Assembly: GCA_963817955.1 (NCBI GenBank)
Contig: CAWFQK010000002.1
Coordinates: 1,099,326 to 1,163,325, forward strand
DNA from: an uncultured Gemmatimonadaceae bacterium
GTDB lineage: Bacteria > Gemmatimonadota > Gemmatimonadetes > Gemmatimonadales > Gemmatimonadaceae
Reading direction: 5' to 3'
Length of the DNA: 64,000 bases
Both the position numbers and the translations under genes were made by a program. Under the pieces are notes generated by a model, which was given only the letters and a program-made list of their open reading frames with translations, searched no databases and was not told where the DNA came from. Of the stretch, positions 9,632-20,924 are shown piece after piece (positions within the stretch are counted from its first letter, which is position 1; every line of letters starts with the position of its first letter).

Positions 9632-10588
9632 CTACTCTATCCGGATCTGCCCGCGCCTGGCGTCGAGAGTCCACCGATGCTCGGCGAGCCGTTGCGCTAT
9701 GCTACGCTCGCCGATCGATGCCCAGTGGCCGGCTTGAAGTACAAGAATGTCATCGTGGGTCATGCGCGTCGCCTGGCCGCTCAGCGCCCTTTCCGCATCC
9801 GGCAGCGCTCCGCCCACGCGCAAGCTGATGCGATCGGTGCGTGGATCGAACGTAGGCGCGAAACGCGACAGCACATCCAGACCGATCACGACGCCGCTAT
9901 CCATACCGCGCGCGACTGAAACGGGAATGTTCGTATAGGTGAGGCGCCCAATCGTGACCGAGTCGGCCGTTGCTGGCCCAGCGCTGGCCGCGGTACCTCT
10001 TCCATCCGTCGATGCGAACCGGCGAATGCGTAGTGCCGCTGCCATCGAGTCGCTGAGCATGATTCCGCGCGGCCGGCACGAGATCACCGCCTCCACCGGA
10101 TGCCCGTTCACTCGGAGCGTCGTACGACCAATGGTGTTATCGACGTCCGTATGTTGGTAGCCCACCGTTAGCACGGAGTCCGGCGCGATGATGCGCGTCG
10201 GATGCGCTATCAGCCATTCGGCGCGTTCGCGCTCACCAGCGCCAAGCGACGGCGCCAGGCCGGCGAGTGCCCGGTACTCGCCAATCGAGAGATACACTGG
10301 CGCGAGATCGCTGGCGACCAGGGGAGCCCAGTCGCGGCCGCCAAACTGGATCGCCTCCTCCATCAGCGTTGCGCCCACTCGGGGCGCGCCGCGTTCTACC
10401 AGGTATCGTCCGAGCGCCCATCGGGCGCCTGGATCATGCGGCTTCGCGTTGACGGCAGCGTAGAACTCCGATTCCGCGCGAACAAGTGCGCCGGCGCGGA
10501 GCAGCGAATCAGCGGCGTGATTGAGCTGCGCGTCCGCGCCAGCGGCGAGCGCGAGCGTCCAGCCGATGGCGATGTAACCACGAACCAT
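9632..10588 (-). CDS. Secreted hypothetical protein, N-terminal TPR-like repeat and C-terminal retropepsin-like fold
   Basis: Signal peptide, TPR-like 'ARWALGRYL', 'VIGLDVLSRF' typical of aspartyl-protease-like folds; no DTG catalytic motif. Confidence 0.55.
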   Translation of the reverse strand: MVRGYIAIGWTLALAAGADAQLNHAADSLLRAGALVRAESEFYAAVNAKPHDPGARWALGRYLVERGAPRVGATLMEEAIQFGGRDWAPLVASDLAPVYLSIGEYRALAGLAPSLGAGERERAEWLIAHPTRIIAPDSVLTVGYQHTDVDNTIGRTTLRVNGHPVEAVISCRPRGIMLSDSMAAALRIRRFASTDGRGTAASAGPATADSVTIGRLTYTNIPVSVARGMDSGVVIGLDVLSRFAPTFDPRTDRISLRVGGALPDAERALSGQATRMTHDDILVLQAGHWASIGERSIAQRLAEHRWTLDARRGQIRIE

Positions 10589-12234
10589 CATTGCTGCATC
10601 AACACCAGTGAAGCGAGTAATTCGACATCTGGATCCAACACGACCCGGGCAGGAGGAGTGCCGAGCGGAATCCGAAGCTCCGTCGTCGTACCCGGCGCCG
10701 CCGGCACCTGCATGATCCCGCGATGCATGGTCCCTGACGAATCGACGACGGCCACGGTGAGAGGAAACCGAAATACGCCGAAGCGAGCTCGTTGCGTCAC
10801 TCTGATGACGACCTCGCGTGCACTCGAGTCATACGACCACGTCGCGTTCACTTCAGGGAAACCCGGCCGTCGCAGCCACTGGTCGAAGAACCAGCCCAGC
10901 GACTGTCGAGACTCGTGCTCTAGGGCGGCGCGCAGATCGTCGGTCACGGCCGTGCCGTGCCGGTGCGCACGATAGTAACTCCGGAGGCCATCGAAGAAGG
11001 CGCGTTCGCCAACCTGAACACGCAGCATGTGCAGCACGAACCCACCTTTCTCGTAGCTATTCCTGTTCAGTAGCGCAAACAGATTGGTTTCGATCGTGTC
11101 GATCACGGGCCGCTTGGGAACCGAGATCGTGTCGTAGAGCACGGCCCGGCGGATTCCACTCATCTGCCCATGAAATGCGCTGTCGCCACGTGCTGCACGA
11201 GTCCAGAGAGCGGAGAAATACGTGGCGAATCCCTCCGATAACCACAGGTGTGGCCAATCGCGCTCCGTCACAGCATCGCCAAACCACTGATGCGCCGTCT
11301 CATGCGCGATCAACACGTCAGACACACTGTGGCGGCGGAACGCCTCGTCCGAGTAGAAGATCTCGCTGGCGTTCTCCATGCCGCCAAAGCGGGTGGACGA
11401 CTGCACGTGCGCGAGCTTCTCATAGGGAAACGGACCGATGAGGCTCGAGAATAGCTGCACGATCTCACCCGCGCGCGCGAAGGGACCGGGCATGTAATCG
11501 CGCTGTTCCGGCGCCGTATACACTGATTGGGAAACACACCGTTGCAGCTCGGCGAGCCCACAATCCGTCTCGCCAAGGTCGAATCTCGCCAGCGGCGCCG
11601 CTGCAATTGCCATGAGATAGACAGGAATGCGCCGCGTTTCGCGCCACACCCACTCGACGTGCGATACGCCATCCGCCGTGGTCACCGTACGCGAAGAGAG
11701 AAGCATTCCGTTAGCGACTACCGTACGACCGGCGGGCGCGCGCACGCGCCAGGTCACCGTTGCCTTGTCGCTGGGATGGTCGATACTCGGAATCCAGTGC
11801 CGCGCGCGATTCGGCCAGTTGTCGCTGAAATACGTCCACCGTCCAGCGCTATCCTGGTGCACGATGAGCCCATCGCTCACTGCGCCGCCATAATCCACTA
11901 CAACAATGCGCGTGTTCGGGCGCCCTCGGGCCGTTGGAATCGCGACGATGCCGTCATGCTGCACGAAGGGCGTTTGTCGGCCATCCACCTTGACGCCATT
12001 CACCCGAAGATCGAGCAAATCGAGCATGAGCGAGTCGGCCGGCGCCGTGCGCGACACCGTCAACGTGGCGACCGCATGAATGATCGACCCGCTGTCGGGG
12101 AGTTCGATCGCGATCGCGTAGTCCGTTACGGCGAACGCGGAACGATACGGGCGAATCTGCTGGGCGCCGGCCGCGGCGACAGACAGACACGCCATCGCGG
12201 CGGTGAAGCACGCTGCGCGCGAGAGGCGAATCAC
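10588..12234 (-). CDS. M1 family zinc aminopeptidase, secreted
   Basis: GGMEN, HETAH-x18-E (WLSEGFA), YEKG; GTG start just after the kinase stop. Confidence 0.9.
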   Translation of the reverse strand: MIRLSRAACFTAAMACLSVAAAGAQQIRPYRSAFAVTDYAIAIELPDSGSIIHAVATLTVSRTAPADSLMLDLLDLRVNGVKVDGRQTPFVQHDGIVAIPTARGRPNTRIVVVDYGGAVSDGLIVHQDSAGRWTYFSDNWPNRARHWIPSIDHPSDKATVTWRVRAPAGRTVVANGMLLSSRTVTTADGVSHVEWVWRETRRIPVYLMAIAAAPLARFDLGETDCGLAELQRCVSQSVYTAPEQRDYMPGPFARAGEIVQLFSSLIGPFPYEKLAHVQSSTRFGGMENASEIFYSDEAFRRHSVSDVLIAHETAHQWFGDAVTERDWPHLWLSEGFATYFSALWTRAARGDSAFHGQMSGIRRAVLYDTISVPKRPVIDTIETNLFALLNRNSYEKGGFVLHMLRVQVGERAFFDGLRSYYRAHRHGTAVTDDLRAALEHESRQSLGWFFDQWLRRPGFPEVNATWSYDSSAREVVIRVTQRARFGVFRFPLTVAVVDSSGTMHRGIMQVPAAPGTTTELRIPLGTPPARVVLDPDVELLASLVLMQQ

Positions 12235-12235
12235 G

Positions 12236-13375
12236 TCAGCGGCCGAACAACTTGCCAAACAACCCGCCCTCGCCGGGCTGGGACGTGCCCTCGGCGGCCG
12301 CGGCCGCGAGCGCATCGGAGAATTCGATCGTGTTCTGGTGCCGCTCGTCCGGATTTCGCTGCAATGCCTTACCGAGTACGCGCTCGACACTCTCCGGAAA
12401 GCCAAATTCCGGCCGCATCTTCCGGAGCGGTGTTGGGTCGCTGCGCAGACGAGCGATCATCAGCTCTTGCTGCGTGCGCCCATTGAATGGAAGCTTGCCG
12501 GTAAGCATCTCATACGTCATGAGTGCGAGCGAATAGATATCGGTACGCGCATCGAGCGGCTTGCCACGCAATTGCTCCGGGCTCATGAATTCCGGCGTGC
12601 CGAGAATGATACCGGTCGCTGTGAGTTTCTGCAGCTCCGTGCCCGCCTTGCGTTCCTTGGCGAGACCGAAGTCCATGACCACGGCGTAGTCGGAGCCATC
12701 GGCGGCCTTGCACACCATCACGTTCTCAGGCTTGAGATCGCGATGCACGATCTTCAGGTCGTGCGCCACGTGCAGACCGGCCGCAATGTCACGCACCAGG
12801 CGCACGACCGAATCGAGCGGAATATGTCCGAGCCGATTCGTTCGATCGGAGAGGATCTCGCCATCGACGAACGGCATCACCACGTACACCAGACCGTCTT
12901 CGGTCTCGCCGAGGCGGATGATATGGCAGACATTCGGATGGGCGAGCCGCATCCCGAGGCTCGCTTCACGTCGCAGACGCGCCATGGCGTTGGCGTCCTG
13001 TGACAGCGCCGCTGATAATACTTTGATTGCATATCGCTCGCGCGTCGCGACGTCATTTGCATGATACACGAAGGACATCCCGCCCTCGCCCACTTTTTTC
13101 ACGATCTCGTACCGGCCCTGAAGCGTCGTGCCAACGAGATTGACGTACGTGAGCGGCACACCTGCATCGACGTGACCGTGCGGAGTCGTGGCGCGAGGTG
13201 GCGTCGCGGTCCCGGCGGAGCTTTCCACAACTGGCGTGGAGATCGCCGGGGTCATCACCGCATTTCCCGACGGCGTGAGCAACCGCGTCCCGTCGCGCGT
13301 GCAGAAGCGCGCGTCATCGGGGTACGTCTTGCCGCAGGCGGGGCAACGATTCATAGAGAAAAATGGCGATGCCAT
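12236..13375 (-). CDS. Hanks-type Ser/Thr protein kinase with N-terminal zinc ribbon
   Basis: CPACG..CTRDG, GEGGMS, AIK, HRDLKPEN, DFG, GTPEFMSPEQ. Confidence 0.93.
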   Translation of the reverse strand: MASPFFSMNRCPACGKTYPDDARFCTRDGTRLLTPSGNAVMTPAISTPVVESSAGTATPPRATTPHGHVDAGVPLTYVNLVGTTLQGRYEIVKKVGEGGMSFVYHANDVATRERYAIKVLSAALSQDANAMARLRREASLGMRLAHPNVCHIIRLGETEDGLVYVVMPFVDGEILSDRTNRLGHIPLDSVVRLVRDIAAGLHVAHDLKIVHRDLKPENVMVCKAADGSDYAVVMDFGLAKERKAGTELQKLTATGIILGTPEFMSPEQLRGKPLDARTDIYSLALMTYEMLTGKLPFNGRTQQELMIARLRSDPTPLRKMRPEFGFPESVERVLGKALQRNPDERHQNTIEFSDALAAAAAEGTSQPGEGGLFGKLFGR

Positions 13376-13399
13376 TGCCCACCGTCAAATGCGCCTACG

Positions 13400-14356
13400 T
13401 CACCCCCCGAGAAGCTCGTGCAGTCCGTCCCATTCGATATTGCCGCCGCTCAGAATCGCCACGGTGGGGCCGCGAGGCGTGAACTTCTTCTCGAGAAGTG
13501 CCGCGACGGTGATCGCCCCGCTGGGCTCGACGACGAGCTTCATGCGGTCGAGCAAGAGCCGCATTGCCCGACAGAGTGCCGCGTCGTCCACGAGCACGAC
13601 GTCGTCGACGTACCGCTCATGGTGCGCGAACGTCAGCTGCCCCACCTCGACCGCGAGGAGCCCATCCGCGAGGCCGCCGGTGTGCTCGAGTTTCACCGGC
13701 CGTCCCGCTGCGCGGGCGCGACTGAGCTTCGGTGCTCCCGTCGGTTCCACGCCGATGACACGCGCGTTCGGCAACCGCAACTTGATGGCCGCTGACACGC
13801 CGGCGCTGAACCCGCCGCCGCCAACCGGCACGAGCACGGCCTCGACGTCCGGAAGGTCTGCCGCGATCTCCAAGCCCACGGTGCCCTGCCCTGCGATGAT
13901 CGTCGGATGATCGTACGGCGGAACGAGCGTCGACCCGTCCTGTTTCACCAGCTCCTCGGCCTTGCTCATGCGATCGGCCGTCGTCCTGCCGGCCAGAACC
14001 ACCCGTGCCCCTAGGCGCTCGGCACCACCGCGCTTGGCGGCCGTGACGGTCGTCGGCATGACGACCGTGGCTGGGACTCCAAATAGTTTCGCGGCGAGCG
14101 CAACGGCTTGCGCGTGGTTCCCCGATGAGGGCGCGATGACGCCACGCTTCCGCAGCTCCGGATCCATGCGCGACAGAAAATTGTACGCGCCCCGGAACTT
14201 GAACGCGCCGCCACGCTGCAACACCTCCGGTTTGATCCAGACCGGTGCGCCGACCTGTTCGGAGATCGCGTCAGCAGGAAGTAAGGGCGTGCGAACGGCG
14301 ACGGGCGCTAGCACCTTCGCTGCAGCCTCCAGATCGTCGATGGTCACCAAATGCAT
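13400..14356 (-). CDS. PLP-dependent threonine/serine dehydratase family protein
   Basis: GAFKFRGA, SSGNHAQ, PVGGGG, SGGN. Confidence 0.9.
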   Translation of the reverse strand: MHLVTIDDLEAAAKVLAPVAVRTPLLPADAISEQVGAPVWIKPEVLQRGGAFKFRGAYNFLSRMDPELRKRGVIAPSSGNHAQAVALAAKLFGVPATVVMPTTVTAAKRGGAERLGARVVLAGRTTADRMSKAEELVKQDGSTLVPPYDHPTIIAGQGTVGLEIAADLPDVEAVLVPVGGGGFSAGVSAAIKLRLPNARVIGVEPTGAPKLSRARAAGRPVKLEHTGGLADGLLAVEVGQLTFAHHERYVDDVVLVDDAALCRAMRLLLDRMKLVVEPSGAITVAALLEKKFTPRGPTVAILSGGNIEWDGLHELLGG

Positions 14357-14361
14357 GTCGC

Positions 14362-15645
14362 TCAAGAGAACACCCGGTTCCGGCCAGTAGTTTTTGCCTT
14401 GTAGAGGGCGGCGTCGGCTTCCTGCAGCAGCACCTCGGTCGAGATGGAATCGTTGCCGCGGCCGAGCGCCAGCCCGACGGAAATGGTTTGACTCAATGAA
14501 GCTCCGGCAGGGCCGAATGTGTAGTCGTCGACGTGCTGCCTCAGGCGCTCGGCAAAGGTGATCGCCCCCTGCCAACCCGTGTCCGGCAGAACGATCACGA
14601 ACTCGTCGCCGCCAAAGCGTGCGACGGCGTCCGTATCACGCGCCGTGGATTTCATGATCGCCGCGAGCTGCTGCAACACGATGTCGCCCACCGGATGTCC
14701 GCGCGAGTCGTTGATGTCCTTGAAGTGATCGAGGTCGATCGCGACGACGGCCACTGTGGAGCCCCGGCGGCGCGCGTGGCGCAGGTCGGAGCGGAGCCGC
14801 GCTTCGAGGGAACGACGATTCATGCAACCGGTGAGCGGGTCGCTGCCCACCTGTTCCGCCAAACGGTCGTGCATCGCCTGGAAGCTGCGAGCCAGCAGCG
14901 TGAGCTCATCGGGCCAGCGCTCCGCGCCAAGCTGCGGAAGCGTCGCGATCTCGCCGCGCTCCACCACCTTGCAATACATCCTCAATGCATCCATGCGTTC
15001 GCGAAAGCTGCCGAACGTAGAGATGAGCACCGTGCTGATGATCGAGAACAACACCACGTTGAAGGCGACAGCGAGCGTCGTGGGACGCGGGCCGGTCACG
15101 AACTCCGGCATGCGGAGCGTCGCCGCCACATACGCCACGACCGTGAGCGCCGCAGCCAGCGAACCGTGACGACGGCCGAAGTAGAACACTCCGAGCTGCA
15201 TTGAAAGAAAACCGAGCAGCAGAATGCGATGCATCTGCTCCGGCGTGCTCGTGAGATAGCAAAACGTGGCGAGTGCGCCGATGTCGGCCGTGAGCAGCAG
15301 CGATGGGAACCAGAGCTGGACGCGGCGCGACGGCGAGTGCTGAAGCATCCAGGTCGTCGCCATGACGACGCCGACATAACAGGCGCCGATGGTCGCCATC
15401 GCGACGAACCCGTCATCGACCGTCGAGGGGAACAGGAGGGTCAGCAGCACCATGGCGCCGAGCGCGAGGTACCGGACCCAGCGCTGCCACAGGAGCACCT
15501 CGCAACGCAGCTTTGCCTGTTCGGCGAGCAGTGCCTCTCCGAGCTCCACGGAAACCAGTGGCAGCTCCTGCGTGACCCCCGCCACAGACAGTGGCAGGGT
15601 CGTCATCGTCGTCGGTTCGGGCTGACTGCGGACTGGAGAGGACAC
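14362..15645 (-). CDS. Membrane-bound diguanylate cyclase (GGDEF)
   Basis: About 6 TM helices, HAMP-like linker, DPLTG, DLDHFKDINDSRGH, RFGGDEF. Confidence 0.92.
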   Translation of the reverse strand: MSSPVRSQPEPTTMTTLPLSVAGVTQELPLVSVELGEALLAEQAKLRCEVLLWQRWVRYLALGAMVLLTLLFPSTVDDGFVAMATIGACYVGVVMATTWMLQHSPSRRVQLWFPSLLLTADIGALATFCYLTSTPEQMHRILLLGFLSMQLGVFYFGRRHGSLAAALTVVAYVAATLRMPEFVTGPRPTTLAVAFNVVLFSIISTVLISTFGSFRERMDALRMYCKVVERGEIATLPQLGAERWPDELTLLARSFQAMHDRLAEQVGSDPLTGCMNRRSLEARLRSDLRHARRRGSTVAVVAIDLDHFKDINDSRGHPVGDIVLQQLAAIMKSTARDTDAVARFGGDEFVIVLPDTGWQGAITFAERLRQHVDDYTFGPAGASLSQTISVGLALGRGNDSISTEVLLQEADAALYKAKTTGRNRVFS

Positions 15646-15804
15646 ATCTGGCTTCGCGGGACGAGACTAAGCTACAGTGTGGCAGCAGGGCCGGAAAGAT
15701 TAGCACCTGCAACGATGTGTTCCATCCATCTGCCAACCCATCTCAGGACAAACGGGGTCAGCGCCAGGCGCTGACCCCGTTTGTCACGCCGCGAACTCGG
15801 GAGG

Positions 15805-18330
15805 CTATTCCTCGTCGCCCTCGGATTCCGGGCTCACGCCTGCGGACTCGTCCATCCCCTCATCGCCCAGATCCACATCGTCGTCGGGCACGACACGCGC
15901 GACGTCCATCACTGAATCGTGCGACTCGAGGTTCACGAGCCTCACTCCTTGCGTGTTGCGTCCAGCCACCCGGATGCCCCGAACCGGCATGCGGATCGCG
16001 ATGCCCTGCTTGGTGATGAGCATCAACTCATCGTCCGGCAGGACTTCCTTGATGGACACCGCGTCGCCGGTCTTGTCAGTGCGGTGGACGGTGATGATGC
16101 CCTTGCCGCCGCGCTTCTGCACGCGATACTCGTCGATCGGCGAGCACTTGCCCATGCCCAGCTCTGTGACCACCAGCAGGTTGGCCTCACGCTTGATGAC
16201 CACCATGCCGATCAACGCATCGCGCGGTCCGAGCTCGATGCCCTTTACACCCGTGGTATCGCGACCCATCTCGCGCACGTCCTGCTCGTGGAAGCGAATG
16301 GACAGCCCGTGGCGCGTCGCAAGGACGATGTCGCTCGTGCCGCTCGTCACCTGCACGTCGATCAGCTCGTCGCCCTCCTCGATCTTGATCGCCTTGATAC
16401 CCGTCGTGCGCACGTTCGAATACTGCGAGAGCGCCGTCTTCTTCACCGTGCCTTTCTTCGTCGAGAAGAGCAGGAATTGATCGTCGGGGAATGAACGCAC
16501 GGTCACGATGGCCGAGACCTTCGTATCGGCCGACACGTTGATCATGTTGACGATCGGCTTGCCCTTGGCTGCGCGCCCCGCCTGCGGAATCTCGTGCACC
16601 TTGAGCCAGAAGCAGCGGCCATCGTCGGTGAACACGAGTACATAGTCGTGCGTCGACGCGACGAAGAGATGCTCGACAAAATCCTCATCCTTGAGCGTCG
16701 CACCGTTGTTTCCACGTCCACCACGTCGCTGCTTCTTGTATGTGGACGCCGAGGTGCGCTTGATGTAGCCCGAGTGCGAGATGGTGACGACCATCTCCTC
16801 TTCGGCAATCAAGTCCTCGATCGTAAACTCGCCCTCGTCGCTCGTGATCTCCGTGCGGCGCTCGTCGCCATACTTGCGAGCGATCTCCGTGAGCTCATCC
16901 TTGAGGATCTTCATGCGCGCGTCCTTGGAGGCGAGGAGCGCACGCAGATCCTTGATGAACGCCTGCACTTCCGTCAGCTCTTCTTCCAGCTTGTCGATCT
17001 CGAGGCCGGTGAGCTTGGCGAGGCGCATGTTGAGGATCGCCTCGGCCTGCCGGTCGGACAACTTGAACCGCTTCTGCAGTTGCGCGCTCGCCGACGGTGT
17101 ATCCTCGGCCTTGCGGATGAGCTTGATCACTTCGTCGATATTGTCGACGGCAATCTTGAGCCCCTCGAGTATGTGTTCGCGCTCGAGTGCCTTGTCGAGA
17201 TCGAACTGCGTGCGACGGACAATGATCTCATGTCGGTGCGTGATGTAATGCTCCAGCACCTCCTTGAGCGGCATCACCTTGGGCACGAGGCTGCCCGTGG
17301 CCGGATCCGGCACGAGCGCCAGCATGATGACGCCGAACGTCGACTGCATCGCGGTGTGCTTGTACAGCTGGTTCAGCACCACACGCGGAATGGCGTCACG
17401 CTTCAGCTCGATGACAATGCGCATTCCGTCCTTGTCGGACTCGTTGCGCAGGTCGGATATGCCTTCGAGTTTCTTGTCACGTACCAGGTCAGCGATGTTC
17501 TCGATGAGCTTGGCGCTGTTGACCTGGTACGGGATCTCGTTGACGACGATTTGCGACTTGTTCGAGGATTCCTTTTCCTCGATGACCGCGCGGGCGCGCA
17601 TGACGATGCGTCCGCGCCCGGTTTCCTGGTAATCCGTGATGCCGGCGCGGCCGTAGATATAGCCGCCCGTCGGAAAATCCGGACCCTTGATGAACTTCCG
17701 GATGTCGGCGCCGCTGGCCTCCGGATGCTCGACGAGGTGGATAATGGCGCTGACGACCTCGCGCAGGTTGTGCGGCGGAATGTTCGTCGCCATGCCCACA
17801 GCAATGCCCGACGATCCGTTGACGACGAGATTGGGAATGCCGGCCGGCAGAACCGAAGGTTCTTCGAGGTGGTCGTCGAAGTTCGGAACGTAGTTGACGG
17901 TGTTCTTCTCGATGTCCGCCAACAACTCCATCGCGATCGGCATGAGCCGCGCTTCGGTGTAGCGGTACGCCGCCGCCGGATCGCCTTCCACCGAACCGAA
18001 GTTGCCCTGGCCGTCGATCAGCGGACACCGCAGCGAGAACTCCTGCACCATACGCACGAGCGCGTCATACACGCTCGAGTCGCCGTGCGGGTGATACTTG
18101 CCTAGCACATCACCGACCACGGTCGCCGACTTCTTGTATGGACGTCCGGGCACCAGACCGAGATCGTTCATCGCGTACAACACGCGGCGGTGCACAGGCT
18201 TGAGCCCGTCACGCACGTCGGGAAGTGCGCGAGAGACGATGACGCTCATCGAGTAATTGATGAACGACTCTTTGATCTCGTCGTCGATCAGGCGCGGGAG
18301 AATACGTTCGCGATTGTTGGGAGCGGTCAT
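15805..18330 (-). CDS. gyrA: DNA gyrase subunit A
   Basis: [31 protein letters not shown], GyrA-box QRRGGRG, C-terminal pinwheel repeats. Confidence 0.97.
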   Translation of the reverse strand: MTAPNNRERILPRLIDDEIKESFINYSMSVIVSRALPDVRDGLKPVHRRVLYAMNDLGLVPGRPYKKSATVVGDVLGKYHPHGDSSVYDALVRMVQEFSLRCPLIDGQGNFGSVEGDPAAAYRYTEARLMPIAMELLADIEKNTVNYVPNFDDHLEEPSVLPAGIPNLVVNGSSGIAVGMATNIPPHNLREVVSAIIHLVEHPEASGADIRKFIKGPDFPTGGYIYGRAGITDYQETGRGRIVMRARAVIEEKESSNKSQIVVNEIPYQVNSAKLIENIADLVRDKKLEGISDLRNESDKDGMRIVIELKRDAIPRVVLNQLYKHTAMQSTFGVIMLALVPDPATGSLVPKVMPLKEVLEHYITHRHEIIVRRTQFDLDKALEREHILEGLKIAVDNIDEVIKLIRKAEDTPSASAQLQKRFKLSDRQAEAILNMRLAKLTGLEIDKLEEELTEVQAFIKDLRALLASKDARMKILKDELTEIARKYGDERRTEITSDEGEFTIEDLIAEEEMVVTISHSGYIKRTSASTYKKQRRGGRGNNGATLKDEDFVEHLFVASTHDYVLVFTDDGRCFWLKVHEIPQAGRAAKGKPIVNMINVSADTKVSAIVTVRSFPDDQFLLFSTKKGTVKKTALSQYSNVRTTGIKAIKIEEGDELIDVQVTSGTSDIVLATRHGLSIRFHEQDVREMGRDTTGVKGIELGPRDALIGMVVIKREANLLVVTELGMGKCSPIDEYRVQKRGGKGIITVHRTDKTGDAVSIKEVLPDDELMLITKQGIAIRMPVRGIRVAGRNTQGVRLVNLESHDSVMDVARVVPDDDVDLGDEGMDESAGVSPESEGDEE

Positions 18331-18590
18331 GTCGTGTCGGAGGAAGCGATCAGCGAGCGGCAAGTGCCTGGGCGCGCGCGGACTTCAGCACGCGGCGAAG
18401 GACCCCAAAATGGAGACATTCCGAGACTTCTAAATGTACCCGAAAACACAACGAAACGCAACGGCAAGAAGGCGCTGTAAGTTGTTAATTGTCAATAGCT
18501 TGCAATGATCGTATTTCCGGTACTGTTGGGTGCGAAAAAGGGCGTCCGAACCGGACGCCCCTCGCACCATGACGCCGAACCGTCGAGTGC

Positions 18591-19397
18591 TCATTCCGGC
18601 GGTGTGGACGATTCTGGCCGCCGCAGATCGGGGTTCGCCGGGCGGCGCATTTGCGCCTCTTCCTCATCAGCTTCGGCATCGGCCTGCTCCTCCTCGTGCC
18701 GTTCGCGCGCCAGCGCTTCCGAGCGCTCGCGACGATAGCGCTCGTACCAGTCGCGCGTGATCTCACCGGCAAGCTCACGGTTGCCGAGCCCGAACGACAG
18801 CGACAGCGCCAGCGCGATCGCTCCAAACAAAATGGCGAATGCTGTCGTCACGATGTCCGTCGCGATGCCCAGCTGCTGCAACGCCATGAAGATCGCGAGC
18901 AGGATGACGCCACCACGGCCCAATCGGGCGAGCGAACGCCCGCCGTGCACCGCACCCGCCGATGCGGCGATCAATCCCCCGACGAATCCCCCGAGCACGA
19001 TGCCGACGAGAATGATCACGATCGCCGCGATCACGCTCGGGATGTAGCTCACCAGCGTCGACACCACGTTTGCCAGCGAGTCGAGTCCGAGCGAGTTCGA
19101 CGCGAGCAGGATCACGGTGAACATCACCAACCAGAACACCAGGTTGGCGAGCACACGCGTCGGATTCACGTGCGTCCCGGAGCGCTCCACCGCCTGAGTA
19201 ACGCCGCCGCGCTCGAGCAGGTAATTCAGCCGAATCCGACGCAGCCCCCGCTCGACCCATCTCTCGAGCAGCTTCGCGAGCAGATAGCCGGCGAAGAGAA
19301 TGACCAGCGCGCCGAGCAAGGCCGGAAGCGTCTGTCCGAACACCCGCTGGAAGCTCGTTTGCAGGCGATCGCTAAAATCGGTCGTGTCTTGTTGCAT
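18591..19397 (-). CDS. Small-conductance mechanosensitive channel-like TM-helix repeat protein (CmpX-like)
   Basis: Repeated 'LPALLGALVIL' / 'IPSVIAAIVII' helices, ALQQLGIA, FGLG. Confidence 0.8.
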   Translation of the reverse strand: MQQDTTDFSDRLQTSFQRVFGQTLPALLGALVILFAGYLLAKLLERWVERGLRRIRLNYLLERGGVTQAVERSGTHVNPTRVLANLVFWLVMFTVILLASNSLGLDSLANVVSTLVSYIPSVIAAIVIILVGIVLGGFVGGLIAASAGAVHGGRSLARLGRGGVILLAIFMALQQLGIATDIVTTAFAILFGAIALALSLSFGLGNRELAGEITRDWYERYRRERSEALARERHEEEQADAEADEEEAQMRRPANPDLRRPESSTPPE

Positions 19398-19503
19398 TGT
19401 GGGTGAATCTAAGGAGCTTGCGTCTGTGGCATAGGGTCAAACGGTCAGGCATCTCGTCTCCCGTGTCCCGTTGTCTGTGTGACCGCAGACGGCGCAACAG
19501 CCA

Positions 19504-19545
19504 TTTAACGCAGAGAACTGCAAGAGAACGCAGAGAACTGCAGAG
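19504..19545 (+). repeat. Left arm of a REP-like inverted repeat array (GCAGAGAACT units); target of IS110 #1
   Basis: tttaacgcagagaactgcaagagaacgcagagaactgcagag; 19510-19529 is the exact reverse complement of 21416-21435. Confidence 0.8.
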
Positions 19546-19579
19546 CTATCTGAGGTTATCCGTCAAGGGGAAAAGGACG

Positions 19580-20878
19580 TCATGCAGTCGCGGGGACGAG
19601 GTGCGCGGTGAGGGGTGAGCCGCGGTGTTCGAGCGCGCGGACATAGCGCGCGTCGTCATACGGGATGCTGTCGTGCCAGCAGCGCCAGAGAATCCGGATC
19701 CATTTGAACGCGAGCGTGCGAATGGCGGCGTGATGCGACTTGCCGCGTTGTCGTTGCAGGTGATAGAACGCGCGCGCCCAGGGGACGTGCGGTAGCGAGT
19801 ACTGTGCGAACTCATGAAAGGTCTGGCGAAGAAACTTCGAGGTCGCCCAGCGCCAGTGCACCACGCAGCTCTTGCCGCTGCGCACGGTAATCGGGGCGAT
19901 CCCTGCGGTTTGCTGCACGTCCGCCGCTGAGGGGTAGCGCGTGCGGTCCGAGCCAAACGCGACCAGGAGCCGCGGTGCGAAGGCCGCGCCGGCGCCCGGC
20001 ACTGACTGAAAGATCACTGCATCGGGATGGGCGGCGAACGCCGCGGCGATCCGCTTCTCGAGCGCGACCAGACTCGGGTGCAGGGCCAGCAACTGGCGGG
20101 CGAGCATCTGCGCATGGAGGGCATGGGACTCGATGATGGCCGGGTCGCGCGTCAACGGGGTGGCCGTGGCGATTGCCTCCAGGCGCGCCGTGATGCCCGA
20201 CTGGCTGCGGCAATTGTGCGCCGTGTAGAACGTCCGCACCGTCGCGGGGCGCGCGCGCTGCAGGGCTTCCAGCGTGGGCCACCGCTCCAGAAAGTCGCAG
20301 GCCAGGGGCGCACTGAGGTCGGTGCCGGCCACGGTGAGGGCGAGGGGGAAATAGGCCTTGAGCACGGCCTGCAACTGCTGCGTGAGCCGGGTCCGCATGT
20401 CCACGAGCGTGCGCCGGATCTGCACGAGGTAGTTGAGCGAGCGCGTGGCGGCATCCTCCGGCATCCAGGGGTGCAACTGGGCCTGATGGTGCGTCAGCAA
20501 GGCGAGCAGGAGCCGCGCATCCGGCACGTCGTCCTTGGCGCCGTTGGGGGAGAACACTTGGCGGAAGCGGCACAGGCTGCGCGGATTGACGGGATAGAGC
20601 ACGAGGAACGGCGCCTCGAGGAGCGCGTGGACAATCGGGCCCCGCGAGGTCTCCAGGGCGATGCCGATCGGTTGGCCCCCGAAGCGGTGCGCGAGCGTGG
20701 CGAACCAGGCCGCGAGCGCCTCAGGGGTGTGCGCGAGGCGGACGGTCTCGACGGTCGCCGAGTCGGCGGCCTGCAGCGCGATCTCGTGGTGCTGGTCGCC
20801 CCAGTCGAGGCCGATCCGGGCCGCGAGTGGGATCAGTGGGGTCAGCGGAGTGGTATCCATTAGAGGAGTGGCATCCAT
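19580..20878 (-). CDS. IS110 family DEDD recombinase/transposase (432 aa)
   Basis: GLDWG, ALETS, VNP, KDDVPDA (D-E-D-D), PGAG, GIAP..RSGK catalytic serine. Confidence 0.95.
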   Translation of the reverse strand: MDATPLMDTTPLTPLIPLAARIGLDWGDQHHEIALQAADSATVETVRLAHTPEALAAWFATLAHRFGGQPIGIALETSRGPIVHALLEAPFLVLYPVNPRSLCRFRQVFSPNGAKDDVPDARLLLALLTHHQAQLHPWMPEDAATRSLNYLVQIRRTLVDMRTRLTQQLQAVLKAYFPLALTVAGTDLSAPLACDFLERWPTLEALQRARPATVRTFYTAHNCRSQSGITARLEAIATATPLTRDPAIIESHALHAQMLARQLLALHPSLVALEKRIAAAFAAHPDAVIFQSVPGAGAAFAPRLLVAFGSDRTRYPSAADVQQTAGIAPITVRSGKSCVVHWRWATSKFLRQTFHEFAQYSLPHVPWARAFYHLQRQRGKSHHAAIRTLAFKWIRILWRCWHDSIPYDDARYVRALEHRGSPLTAHLVPATA

Positions 20879-20924
20879 GAGACGCTCCGGACAAAGGAAA
20901 GGGTCGCAGCACGGGTCGCCGGGG

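Noticed and set aside
16594..18105. 503-aa plus-strand ORF
   Set aside because: Antisense shadow of gyrA.
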